Origin: a virus
Taxonomy: Duplodnaviria > Caudoviricetes
Virus record (IMG/VR): IMGVR_UViG_3300031825_000373
Span: 1 to 50,005 of that record
Length of the DNA stretch: 50,005 nt
Strand: one strand, 5' to 3'
Each line of letters opens with the position of its first letter. Position 1 is the stretch's first letter. Below, one piece after another: positions 1 through 8,023 of the stretch. A program made the position numbers and the translations under genes. The notes beneath the pieces are model-generated. The model saw nothing but the letters and a program-made list of their open reading frames with translations. It did not search any database and had not been told where the DNA came from.

Positions 1-1887
1 TCATGCCGCGAAGTCTCCGGCGCCCCGCGATCTGGAAACGCGGAGCGTGGTCACGCCGGCCGCGTCCGGCTCGAGGGCGGCGACGACCAGCCGGTCGCCG
101 GGCCTGACATCCGCGTCGAACAGGGCGCGCGCCAAAGGGTTCACGAGGTGCGTCTCCACCTTGTTGCGGATGCCCCGGCCACCGTTGGAGAGGTCCGCCA
201 AGGCCAGCTCCGCCAGTCGCTCCCGTGCGCTGTCGGAGAGAATGACCTCGATATGTTGGGTCGCCTCCACGTCCTTGAGGATGCCATTGACCATGCCTGC
301 AAGGATCTGCGCCCCGACCTCGGCTCGTACGAAGTCGAAGACGAGCACGTTGTCGCCGATTCGGTTCAGGAGCTCGGGCCGGTTCAGCGCCATCTTGAAA
401 TGACGCTCGATCTCGGTGCGAACCTTGGCCTGAACGACCTCGAAAGCATCATCCGGCGTCACGTTCGCGACGCGTGTGCCGTCCGCCTCGAGACGGTAGA
501 TGCCGAGGTTCGAGGTAAATACGATGAATGCCTCGGAGAAATAGACCCGGTCGCCGCGGCCGGAGGTGAGGACGCCGTCGTCCAGCACCTGGAGGAACTT
601 GTCGAGGATGCGCGGGTGCGCCTTCTCGATCTCGTCGAACAGGACGACGCAGAACGGCTTCTCCCGCACTGCGTTGGTCAGTTCGCCGCCGACGTCGTAA
701 CCGATATAGCCGGGCGGGGCGCCGATCAGCCGCTGATCGGAATGCTCGGCGGAGAATTCCGACATGTCGAAGCGCACGTAGGCCGTATCATCACCGAACA
801 GGAGGCTGGTGAGCGTCTTGGCGAGTTCGGTCTTGCCGACCCCCGTCGGCCCGGCCAGGAATGCGACGCCGCGCGGCCGGCTGCCGCGACGAGGTGCGCC
901 CACGCCGGTGACCGCCCGCTTCACGATGTCCAGCACATGGGTGACGGCATGGTCCTGGCCTTTCACCCGGGCGCGGATGAAATCCGCGCCATGGCGCACC
1001 TTGTCCCGCTCGATGCGCGCCCATGGATCCTCGGTCACGCCCACCTTGTAGCGGCGCACTGCATCGCCGACGCGCTGCAAGCTCAGCCCCTCGGAGCGGC
1101 CGAGCTGGATGATGGCGGAAAGGTCCACCAGCAGCAGCCCCTCCGTCTGCTCCACCAGCGCGTCCAGGGCAGCATCCATCTCGGCCGGGCTAGCCGCCCG
1201 CGCGCCGTCGAGGCCCGGCAGGAGCATCGACGCCAATTGCCGCCTAAAATGATGGTCCGGCGCGGCGACCGGAACGTGGCGAATGCGCGGATTGTCGACG
1301 ACGAGCCAGTCCGGCAGGTCGCCTTCCTTGTCGACGATCCAGATTACGGTGTTGAAGAACGGGCGCGGCGGCGTCCCGCAAGGCCGCGCACGGGCTTGGT
1401 GGGATAGCACCAACGCGCGGGTGAACATCTGATGCTCGGCATTGGACAGCGCGTCGGTGCGTACGACAAGGCGCGAGGCGAAGTCGGCGATCAGGGCGAT
1501 GGGGCCGTCAACCGACGCAATTCCGCCGGCCACGCGCCCCAGCACGTCCGAGAACAGATCCGGCCCAGCCGGTGCAGTCCCGTCGCTCCCGACTGTCAGG
1601 CCGAGCTGCGTCAGGAGCGCCGCACCGGCGGATGGGCTCTCACCGGGTCGCTGGAGGGGGCGAAAACCGGTGACGGGATCGTAGCCGATCACAGAGACAT
1701 AGCCCGCCGCCCGCAGGGCTGTCGTCAGCGCCGAACTGAGCGGGACCGCTGCAACCGTGCCGGGCGCCACCTCCACGACCTGCAAGTCCCGCACATTGCC
1801 GGAGAGAACGAACTGCGGCTTGAGCGGCAGAAAGCGGACCAGATCACGCAGCCAGCGCGGCGCCTCATAGGCAGTTGATGCGGACAC
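1..1887 (-). CDS. Host-side AAA+ ATPase, ClpA/B D2-like module with a degenerate N-terminal AAA-like module
   Basis: Walker A GPTGVGKT, RFDMSEF, LIGAPPGYIGY, Walker B VVLFDEIEKAH, NRPELLNRI, GGRGIRN. No Clp N-domain or second Walker A is visible, so it is not canonical clpB. Lies outside the att site. Confidence 0.8.
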   Translation of the reverse strand: MSASTAYEAPRWLRDLVRFLPLKPQFVLSGNVRDLQVVEVAPGTVAAVPLSSALTTALRAAGYVSVIGYDPVTGFRPLQRPGESPSAGAALLTQLGLTVGSDGTAPAGPDLFSDVLGRVAGGIASVDGPIALIADFASRLVVRTDALSNAEHQMFTRALVLSHQARARPCGTPPRPFFNTVIWIVDKEGDLPDWLVVDNPRIRHVPVAAPDHHFRRQLASMLLPGLDGARAASPAEMDAALDALVEQTEGLLLVDLSAIIQLGRSEGLSLQRVGDAVRRYKVGVTEDPWARIERDKVRHGADFIRARVKGQDHAVTHVLDIVKRAVTGVGAPRRGSRPRGVAFLAGPTGVGKTELAKTLTSLLFGDDTAYVRFDMSEFSAEHSDQRLIGAPPGYIGYDVGGELTNAVREKPFCVVLFDEIEKAHPRILDKFLQVLDDGVLTSGRGDRVYFSEAFIVFTSNLGIYRLEADGTRVANVTPDDAFEVVQAKVRTEIERHFKMALNRPELLNRIGDNVLVFDFVRAEVGAQILAGMVNGILKDVEATQHIEVILSDSARERLAELALADLSNGGRGIRNKVETHLVNPLARALFDADVRPGDRLVVAALEPDAAGVTTLRVSRSRGAGDFAA

Positions 1888-2361
1888 CTCGGACGCCCCC
1901 GTCGATCATATGTCGAAGCCCGTGACCGGACTCAAGCCTGACGGCAATCGTAAAGGCAATTCGACGGGAGTTCGACAGTTGCCTCAACCTGGAGGAAACA
2001 CCAGCACGTGCCATGCTATGGGGGCGGGCGCCACGGGGCGGGAGGACTTATACGCCACCCCATTGATTGCTTGCCGGCATCCAACTGCCACACGTGCTCC
2101 TTCCATCGGTGCCTCTCGATGCCGCTGTGGGCGCCGTCGCGGACCATGGTGCCGCCGTTGCCGGGGTTTGCTGTCGGTGCACTCGTCAGGAATTCGATGC
2201 TTCGCCGCGCCGATAGTCAAGGTGGAGCCGGATAGGCTGCGCATCCGCAGAGGACGCAGGCATTTGGTGGCGTGGCGACTCGGTGGCGACTCGCGGCTTC
2301 TGATGCCCCATCCGAGCGCGGGCGTCAGGAGAGATTGTCTAAATTTCTGAATGGCTTGTGG

Positions 2362-2406
2362 TGGTACAGGTGGGTGGGTTCGAACCACCGACCTCCGGTT
2401 CCACAG
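2362..2406 (-). pseudogene. 3' half of tRNA-His(GTG), att core duplication at the left prophage boundary
   Basis: Reverse complement is CTGTGGA ACCGG AGGTC GGTGG TTCGAAC CCACC CACCTGT A CCA: anticodon loop with GTG, T-arm, 3' acceptor strand and CCA. The sequence on its 5' side (TCACA) cannot pair with ACCGG, and no D-arm or 5' acceptor strand is present. Confidence 0.85.
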
Positions 2407-2432
2407 TGTGACGTACTCTAGAGCAAGCGATT

Positions 2433-2461
2433 GAGGGGATTGGGAAAAACCCAGTCCTCTC
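2433..2461 (+). other. 12-bp stem-loop between att and the RNAP genes (terminator or processing site candidate)
   Basis: GAGGGGATTGGG-AAAAA-CCCAGTCCTCTC pairs with two G-U wobbles; no long U tract follows. Confidence 0.45.
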
Positions 2462-2478
2462 TGTGCCTTATTGGGCCA

Positions 2479-2499
2479 CAACTCCACTAAATCTCACTG
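2479..2499 (+). promoter_or_regulatory. Motif A copy (asymmetric 21-bp repeat) upstream of the RNAP N-subunit gene
   Basis: CAACTCCACTAAATCTCACTG, 19/21 match to consensus CAACTCCACCAAATCACACTG. Confidence 0.7.
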
Positions 2500-2526
2500 T
2501 CTCAATTACTTACATCAGGTGAGAAC

Positions 2527-3339
2527 GTGGCACACTTTAGGCACACTGAGCCGCACATCGCGGACATCGAGAAGCAGATCAGGTGGGAGATGCACGGGGT
2601 CGAGCGGGGCGCTGAGCGCGTCCGCGAGGCCATGGCCGAGGCCAAGCATCTGGGCGACACCGACGTGGGCATGAAGCTCATCGCCAAGGTCGCACCCAAG
2701 CTCATCGCCAAGATCAGGGAAGCCCAGACCGAGGCCACCCTGGGGGTCAACTCCGGCAAGCGAGGCGCGCCCCAGCAGTGGTGGTGGCTGATCCTCACCA
2801 TCGACGCCGAGCAACTGGCGGTCATCGTCCTCAAGTCCCTTTTCACGCAAAGCCCGCGTGAATTTACGTTCAACCTATCGGTGACGTCGGTGGCCAACGC
2901 CATCTCGAAGCACTCCCACACCCAGATCGACTACGAGGAGTGGAAGGCGACCGAGAAGGAGAAGGCCAAGGAAGCGGCCAAGGCCGGTGACGAAGACCAC
3001 GTCGACCAGCACATGCGGTTCCTGCGCTCGACCAAGCAGCTGGATCACCGCGCCTGGGCGAAGTTCACCGCCCGCATTCAGCGGGTCCGCAAGGAGAAGT
3101 GGCCCATCGACGCTGGTGTCCAGTTCGGCGCCAAGATGGTCGAGCTGCTGTGTGACGCGGTCCCCGACTGGTTCAGCGTCCAGGACAACCGCCTGAAGGG
3201 CGGACAGCACGAGAAGGCCATCGTCTTCAGTGACGAGGCCAAGCTGACCATGGCCGACCTGATGGAGCGCAATGAGGTCTCCCGACCCATGCTCCTGCCG
3301 ATGATCTGCCCGCCCGCCCCCTGGCGCCGCGCTTCCTGA
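2527..3339 (+). CDS. T7-like RNA polymerase, N-terminal (promoter-binding) subunit
   Basis: GTG start after AGGTGAG. QIRWEMHGVERGAER N-terminal helix, SGKRGAP (like the T7 AT-rich recognition loop), GVQFGAKMVELL, and ending RPMLLPMICPPAPW, equivalent to T7 SPMFQPCVVPPKPW. Confidence 0.85.
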   Translation: MAHFRHTEPHIADIEKQIRWEMHGVERGAERVREAMAEAKHLGDTDVGMKLIAKVAPKLIAKIREAQTEATLGVNSGKRGAPQQWWWLILTIDAEQLAVIVLKSLFTQSPREFTFNLSVTSVANAISKHSHTQIDYEEWKATEKEKAKEAAKAGDEDHVDQHMRFLRSTKQLDHRAWAKFTARIQRVRKEKWPIDAGVQFGAKMVELLCDAVPDWFSVQDNRLKGGQHEKAIVFSDEAKLTMADLMERNEVSRPMLLPMICPPAPWRRAS

Positions 3340-3367
3340 CCCCAGCTCCAGCTCGAAAGGACACACC

Positions 3368-5077
3368 ATGTCGCGGAAGAAGCGCGCCTATGAGGGTGGC
3401 TACTATTTCATCAACCAGGACCTCATCCGGTCGGGCCTGTACGAGCACACCACGGCGCTGGAGGACCCCATCTCCGAGGAGACGCTGGAGGGCCTGAACA
3501 TCGTCCAGGCGACCCCGTGGGCGATCAATGGCTGGCTGCTCGACACCATGCGTCAGGCGTACCTTGAGGGTGCCTACCTGGGCGACCTTCCGTATGCCGA
3601 CGAGGTGCCCATCCCCCGCAAGACGGATGAGGAATGGGAGGCCATGGAGGACGTCGAGAAGTCCCTGTGGAAGCAGGAGCTGGCCGACATCCACGCGATC
3701 AACGCCCGCATGATGGGCCGTCGCCACAGCTTCAACCACCGGCTCGACATCGCGCAGCAGCTGCGGGACCAGACCATCTGGTTCCCCCACTTCCTCGACT
3801 TCCGCACCCGCCTGTACCCCATGTGTCAGGACCTCCACACCCAGTCCGATGACGCGGGGCGGGCTCTGCTGCGGTTCGGAAAGGGCAAGCGCCTGGGCAA
3901 GCGTGGGCTGTACTGGCTGGCTGTACGCCTCGCCAACACCTACGGTCAGGACAAGCTGCCCTTTGACGAGCGCGTCGAGTGGGTCCGTAAGCACCATGAC
4001 CTGATCCTCGACAGCGGACGTGATCCGCTTGACGGGCAGCGGTTCTGGGCCGCGACGGACGCGAAGGGCAAGCCCGTGGCCGACGAGCCCTGGAATTTCC
4101 TGGCGACGTGCCGCGAGTGGTACGAGGCGCACCTTCTCGACGATCCCAAGGACTACGTCTCCTACCTCCCGATCCAGATGGATGGCTCCTGCAATGGGCT
4201 CCAGCATCTGTCGGCCATGGGCCGGGACCGGGTGGGTGCCACCGCGACCAACGTGGCGGCTAACACCGAGCGTCAGGACATCTACCTGATGGTGGCCGAC
4301 GTGGTGATGAAGCTGGTCAGCGAGGACGCCGTGGAAGGCAACGCCCTGGCGCACCAGTGGGTCGGGAAGATCGGCCGCAAGACCGTCAAGCGGGCCGTCA
4401 TGACGACGCCCTATGGCGTGACCGAGCGGGGCATCTCCGACCAGATCAGGAACGACGGCCACGTCAAGGACATGGACGACAAGGGCGCCGCTGCGGCTTT
4501 CCTGAGAGACAAGATCGTGCTGGCCCTTGAGCAGACCGTCGTGTCCGCCAAGACCATCATGGCCTGGATACAGGAGGTCGCGAAGCGTCTGTCCGAGGCG
4601 GACATCCCGTTCCGCTTCACCACGCCCTGCGGCTCCAAGGTCGAGCAGTCCTATGTCCAGCTCCAGAAGACCCAGGTGACGACCCTCCTGGGCAAGCTGG
4701 TGCTGTGGAAGCCTGACCGCTTCGCCGGTCTCAATGACCGCAAGCAGATGCTGGCGAGCGCCCCGAACGTCATCCATGCGTTCGACGCTGCCCATCTCAC
4801 CAAGACCGTGCTCCGCATGGTCCGCGAGGCCACCGACGAGGTGTCCTTCTCCATGATCCACGACAGCTATGGCGTCCATGCCTGCGACGTGGACCTTCTG
4901 CACCGCTGCATCCGCGAGGAGTTCGTCGCGATCTACCAGACGGACTGGCTCCAGCGGATTGAGGATGAGGTCAGGGCGTATGCCCCTGACGTCGACATCC
5001 CGAGCTATCGGGACTTCGTGACTGTGGGCGACTTCGACGTGAGCGAGTGCCTGAACAGCCCGTTTTTCTTCGCCTAG
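3368..5077 (+). CDS. T7-like RNA polymerase, catalytic (C-terminal) subunit
   Basis: Own SD (GAAAGGA) and ATG. Begins at the GGYY motif; LNIVQATPWAIN, LDFRTRLYP, motif A DGSCNGLQH, motif B RKTVKRAVMTTPYG, APNVIHAFDAAHL, motif C IHDSYG, C-terminal FFFA foot. Confidence 0.95.
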   Translation: MSRKKRAYEGGYYFINQDLIRSGLYEHTTALEDPISEETLEGLNIVQATPWAINGWLLDTMRQAYLEGAYLGDLPYADEVPIPRKTDEEWEAMEDVEKSLWKQELADIHAINARMMGRRHSFNHRLDIAQQLRDQTIWFPHFLDFRTRLYPMCQDLHTQSDDAGRALLRFGKGKRLGKRGLYWLAVRLANTYGQDKLPFDERVEWVRKHHDLILDSGRDPLDGQRFWAATDAKGKPVADEPWNFLATCREWYEAHLLDDPKDYVSYLPIQMDGSCNGLQHLSAMGRDRVGATATNVAANTERQDIYLMVADVVMKLVSEDAVEGNALAHQWVGKIGRKTVKRAVMTTPYGVTERGISDQIRNDGHVKDMDDKGAAAAFLRDKIVLALEQTVVSAKTIMAWIQEVAKRLSEADIPFRFTTPCGSKVEQSYVQLQKTQVTTLLGKLVLWKPDRFAGLNDRKQMLASAPNVIHAFDAAHLTKTVLRMVREATDEVSFSMIHDSYGVHACDVDLLHRCIREEFVAIYQTDWLQRIEDEVRAYAPDVDIPSYRDFVTVGDFDVSECLNSPFFFA

Positions 5078-5098
5078 CAACTCCATCAAATCACACAC
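5078..5098 (+). promoter_or_regulatory. Motif A copy immediately after the RNAP stop codon
   Basis: CAACTCCATCAAATCACACAC, 18/21. Confidence 0.65.
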
Positions 5099-5120
5099 TC
5101 ACCAGGGACAGGACAGGGAC

Positions 5121-5948
5121 ATGAAGGCAGTTGATGAGATGATGAAGATGAAGCACTTCCCCGATCTGGCGTACCCGATGCGGTTCCAGCAAATGCAGCG
5201 GGAGCGGATCGCAGCCTTCCGCGCGGCGCTAAACCTGCGACCGCAATCGTTTCCCGAGGCCGGGCTTCTCGAAAAGGCGCGCTTGAACGTTCTGCGTGAC
5301 GTCTACGGCCGGTTCGCCCCTCCGGTGGACCCGCTGGCTCCCGTCAAGAAGCCGCAGCTGTACGTCAAGTCCGCATTCTCGGAGTCCAACGAGTACATGC
5401 GCCGTCTCCGGAGGCGTGGCTTTGAGGAGATCGGTGGGGGTGCTTACTCGACCGTGTTCACCCGGCCTGGGTGGGACAAGGTTCTGAAGGTCTGCCGACA
5501 TGCTCGGGACTACTGGCCCGCCTATGCCAAGTGGTGCCAGCAGACGAAGAGCCCACACGCCATCCGGGTCTATAGTATCAAGCACCACAAAGGCTTCTAC
5601 GTCGCCATCATGGAGAAGGTGAAGCCCGCCCGAGACCAGCACAAACTCAGCGATCTGTCCTCCTACATCTGGGACTGCGGAAGCAAGGCTCCGACGATGG
5701 TCGCAACGTCGCTGAAGAATGCCGCAATAGCTGGTCAGACCAAGATTGTGGCCAAGGAGTATCCGAAGCTTCCTGCCTTCCTGCGGCTGGTGAGAAGGCT
5801 TGGGACTGATCTCCATGCGGGAAACTGGGGCACTCGGGAGGATGGCACGCCAGTGATCTTCGACCCCGTAACAACCGAAATCCCCCCGAAGTTCGCCTCG
5901 AAGTTCCACAACACCAAGCGCTTCCGTAGCACGGCCCCACGGGCTTAG
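5121..5948 (+). CDS. Phage protein kinase, T7 gp0.7-like
   Basis: Gly-rich loop IGGGAYSTVF, VLKV lysine, catalytic loop DLHAGN, and IFDPV, parallel to T7 gp0.7 DMHSGN and ITDPV. Confidence 0.8.
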   Translation: MKAVDEMMKMKHFPDLAYPMRFQQMQRERIAAFRAALNLRPQSFPEAGLLEKARLNVLRDVYGRFAPPVDPLAPVKKPQLYVKSAFSESNEYMRRLRRRGFEEIGGGAYSTVFTRPGWDKVLKVCRHARDYWPAYAKWCQQTKSPHAIRVYSIKHHKGFYVAIMEKVKPARDQHKLSDLSSYIWDCGSKAPTMVATSLKNAAIAGQTKIVAKEYPKLPAFLRLVRRLGTDLHAGNWGTREDGTPVIFDPVTTEIPPKFASKFHNTKRFRSTAPRA

Positions 5949-5957
5949 TGCGCCCAA

Positions 5958-5978
5958 CAACTCCAGCAACTCTCACAG
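5958..5978 (+). promoter_or_regulatory. Motif A copy upstream of the endolysin
   Basis: CAACTCCAGCAACTCTCACAG, 17/21, abutting the SD GAGG. Confidence 0.55.
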
Positions 5979-5988
5979 TGAGGATCAC

Positions 5989-6489
5989 ATGAACTACCCC
6001 TGGATGGACGTCGCCAAGAGCCTGATCGGCACCAAGGAGATCAAGGGTCCGAAGGACAGCCCGATCATCATGGGCTGGGCCAAGGAGATGAAGCAGTGGT
6101 ATCCCGACGACGAGACCGCATGGTGTGGCCTGTTCGTGGGCTACTGCATGTTCAAGGCCCTGCCGCAGGAGCCCCGCCCGAAGAACATCCTCGGCGCGCG
6201 CCAGTGGGAGAAGTTCGGCGTCAAGCTGGTGAAGCCCGTCTATGGCTCGGTCGTCACCTTCTGGCGCGGCTCTCCGCAGTCCGGCTTCGGTCACGTCGGC
6301 TTCTATGTCGGTGAGGACGACGAGTCCTATCACGTCCTTGGCGGCAACACGGAGGACTCCGTGAAGGAGGCCCGGATGCCCAAGCGTCGCTTCACGGCGG
6401 CCCGGTGGCCCGGCCTGTTCGACTATCCCGACATGAAGGGCACGATCCTGAAGAACCTCGAAGGTGGTCTCTCGACCAACGAGGCGTGA
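5989..6489 (+). CDS. TIGR02594-like NlpC/P60-type cell wall hydrolase (probable endolysin)
   Basis: PWMDVAKSLIGTKEI, DDETAWCGLFV (catalytic Cys), GHVGFY (His), VLGGN. Confidence 0.8.
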   Translation: MNYPWMDVAKSLIGTKEIKGPKDSPIIMGWAKEMKQWYPDDETAWCGLFVGYCMFKALPQEPRPKNILGARQWEKFGVKLVKPVYGSVVTFWRGSPQSGFGHVGFYVGEDDESYHVLGGNTEDSVKEARMPKRRFTAARWPGLFDYPDMKGTILKNLEGGLSTNEA

Positions 6490-6518
6490 CCTCGGGCTCC
6501 AGCGAAACGCACTGTCCG

Positions 6519-6543
6519 ATTTATTCACTCCTACTGCCTAGAC
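6519..6543 (+). promoter_or_regulatory. Motif B copy (putative phage RNAP promoter) upstream of the SSB operon
   Basis: ATTTATTCA-CTCCTACTGCCTA-GAC, intergenic; a degenerate motif A (14/21) lies just upstream at 6494-6514. Confidence 0.65.
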
Positions 6544-6581
6544 GGTACACACCGCCTGGGCATCAACCTGAAAGGATCAAC

Positions 6582-6737
6582 ATGCTCGGGATCACCATTC
6601 GCATCGGCGCCGCCTACGACACCGTCTCCACGAAGGACGGGGCAGTGTTCGACCGCTCCCGCATGGACAACACCAAGAAGCGCAAGCTGGCTCGCATGGT
6701 CCGCGACATTTACGCGCTTCACATCGAAGGAAACTGA
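6582..6737 (+). CDS. Hypothetical small protein (51 aa)
   Basis: SD GAAAGGA then ATG; its stop overlaps the SSB start (TGATG). Confidence 0.6.
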   Translation: MLGITIRIGAAYDTVSTKDGAVFDRSRMDNTKKRKLARMVRDIYALHIEGN

Positions 6738-7348
6738 TGGCCAAGAAGAAGTTCCTTGCTCGCGTCCCCCGTGGGATTGCTGCTTTCGCCTACATCCACA
6801 AGCCCGACACCGGCCACAAGTACAGCACCAACAAGTTCAAGGTGACTGTCGTGCTCGACGGCGACACGGACATGGAGGCAATCCGCGCCAAGGCGCTGGA
6901 GGCTGCGGCCCACGAGTGGGGTGACAAGGTTCAGGAAGGCGACATCGTCATGCCCTGGCGGGACGGCAATGATCGCAAGCAGGAAGAGTTCCACGGCAAA
7001 ATCCTCCTGACCGCCAGCTCGAAGTTCGCCCCGACCGTGGTGGACTCCAAGCGCAAGCCCCTGAAGAAGGGCGTCCAGGTCTGGTCCGGTGACGAGGTCG
7101 CCATCGTCGTGAACCTGAACCCCTACGAGAAGACCGAGAAGGTCCGCGAGGGGAAGAAGATGGTGGAAGTACAGACCTTCGGTGTGTCCGCCCAGCTCAA
7201 CATCGTCCAGCTGATCGCCAAGAACAGCGGCGGTGGTGGCCTCAATCTCCTCGAAGACGAGGAGGGCTTCGAGAACGACGACGTCGATGACGCCGACGAG
7301 ACCGATGCCGACGTGGCGGACGACGAAGACAACGATGGGGATTACTGA
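6737..7348 (+). CDS. ssDNA-binding protein, T7 gp2.5-like
   Basis: PRGIAAFAYIHKPDT, GVSAQLNIVQLI, and a highly acidic C-terminal tail ending in an aromatic residue (EDNDGDY). Confidence 0.85.
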   Translation: MAKKKFLARVPRGIAAFAYIHKPDTGHKYSTNKFKVTVVLDGDTDMEAIRAKALEAAAHEWGDKVQEGDIVMPWRDGNDRKQEEFHGKILLTASSKFAPTVVDSKRKPLKKGVQVWSGDEVAIVVNLNPYEKTEKVREGKKMVEVQTFGVSAQLNIVQLIAKNSGGGGLNLLEDEEGFENDDVDDADETDADVADDEDNDGDY

Positions 7349-7778
7349 CCTCATCGCTGGGGTGAAGTCGCAGATGGAGAGGCTGGCCCAGGCTGGCCTC
7401 TTCTATCTCTGGATCGGCGGCAAGCCGGTCCCTGCGGGTCGCCCCAGGGTTTCCAAATGGGGTGTCTACTACCCCGCTCCGTACACCCGATGGATCAAGG
7501 CCAGCAAAGGCTATGTGGACGACCTGTCCTCAGTGCCGACTGACCAGCCCATCGCAGTGATGATCGAGATCATCTGCCCACCCCTCAAGACGTCGAAGAA
7601 CCCGGCCCCGATGGGAGACCTGGACAACTTCGCCAAGGGGCCTCTCGACCTCCTCACCAAGTCCCAGAAGGCGTGGCTCGACGACCGTCAGGTCATGTTT
7701 CTCGGCACCGCAAAGCGGTTCGCCGGGAGCGACGAGGAGCCGGGCTTCAGCATCTGGTGGTGTCAACTCGAAGGATGA
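7335..7778 (+). CDS. RusA-family Holliday junction resolvase
   Basis: PVPAGRPR and the RusA signature GDLDNFAKGPLDLL...WLDDRQV; occupies the T7 gp3 slot after SSB. Confidence 0.8.
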   Translation: MGITDLIAGVKSQMERLAQAGLFYLWIGGKPVPAGRPRVSKWGVYYPAPYTRWIKASKGYVDDLSSVPTDQPIAVMIEIICPPLKTSKNPAPMGDLDNFAKGPLDLLTKSQKAWLDDRQVMFLGTAKRFAGSDEEPGFSIWWCQLEG

Positions 7779-8023
7779 ACAACATGGGAAACATCAACTA
7801 CCTCGTCGGCCTCGCTCCGCAGTTGCGGAAGATCGTCACCCACTGCCAGGACAACGGCTTCATCACGAGCCTCCAGGCCGCGCGTGACCTGAACATCACG
7901 TCCCTGCATCGCCGCCTCTCGGACCTCCGTGAGCGTGGCTACGTGGTCCACAAGACCACCACCAAGAGCCGCAAGGGCGTCGTCTACGCCCGCTACTACA
8001 TCAGCACCCGTCCCATCTACTGA
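7775..8023 (+). CDS. Small winged-HTH DNA-binding protein
   Basis: GFITSLQAARDLNITSLHRRLSDLRERGYVV...YARY; ATGA overlap with rusA (alternative ATG at 7784). Confidence 0.7.
   Translation: MNNMGNINYLVGLAPQLRKIVTHCQDNGFITSLQAARDLNITSLHRRLSDLRERGYVVHKTTTKSRKGVVYARYYISTRPIY

Noticed and set aside
2362-2440. Intact tRNA-His gene
   Set aside because: The 5' half is absent: no D-arm, acceptor 5' strand or anticodon-stem partner. Treated as an att remnant.
1910-2487. ORFs between the host ATPase and att
   Set aside because: Overlapping Arg/Pro-rich translations with no motifs; one crosses the att site.
2527-5077. RNAP as a simple frameshifted pseudogene or intron-split gene
   Set aside because: The second ORF has a proper SD and ATG, catalytic motifs are intact, and the 28-nt spacer is too short for a self-splicing intron. 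Decay is not fully excluded without homologs.
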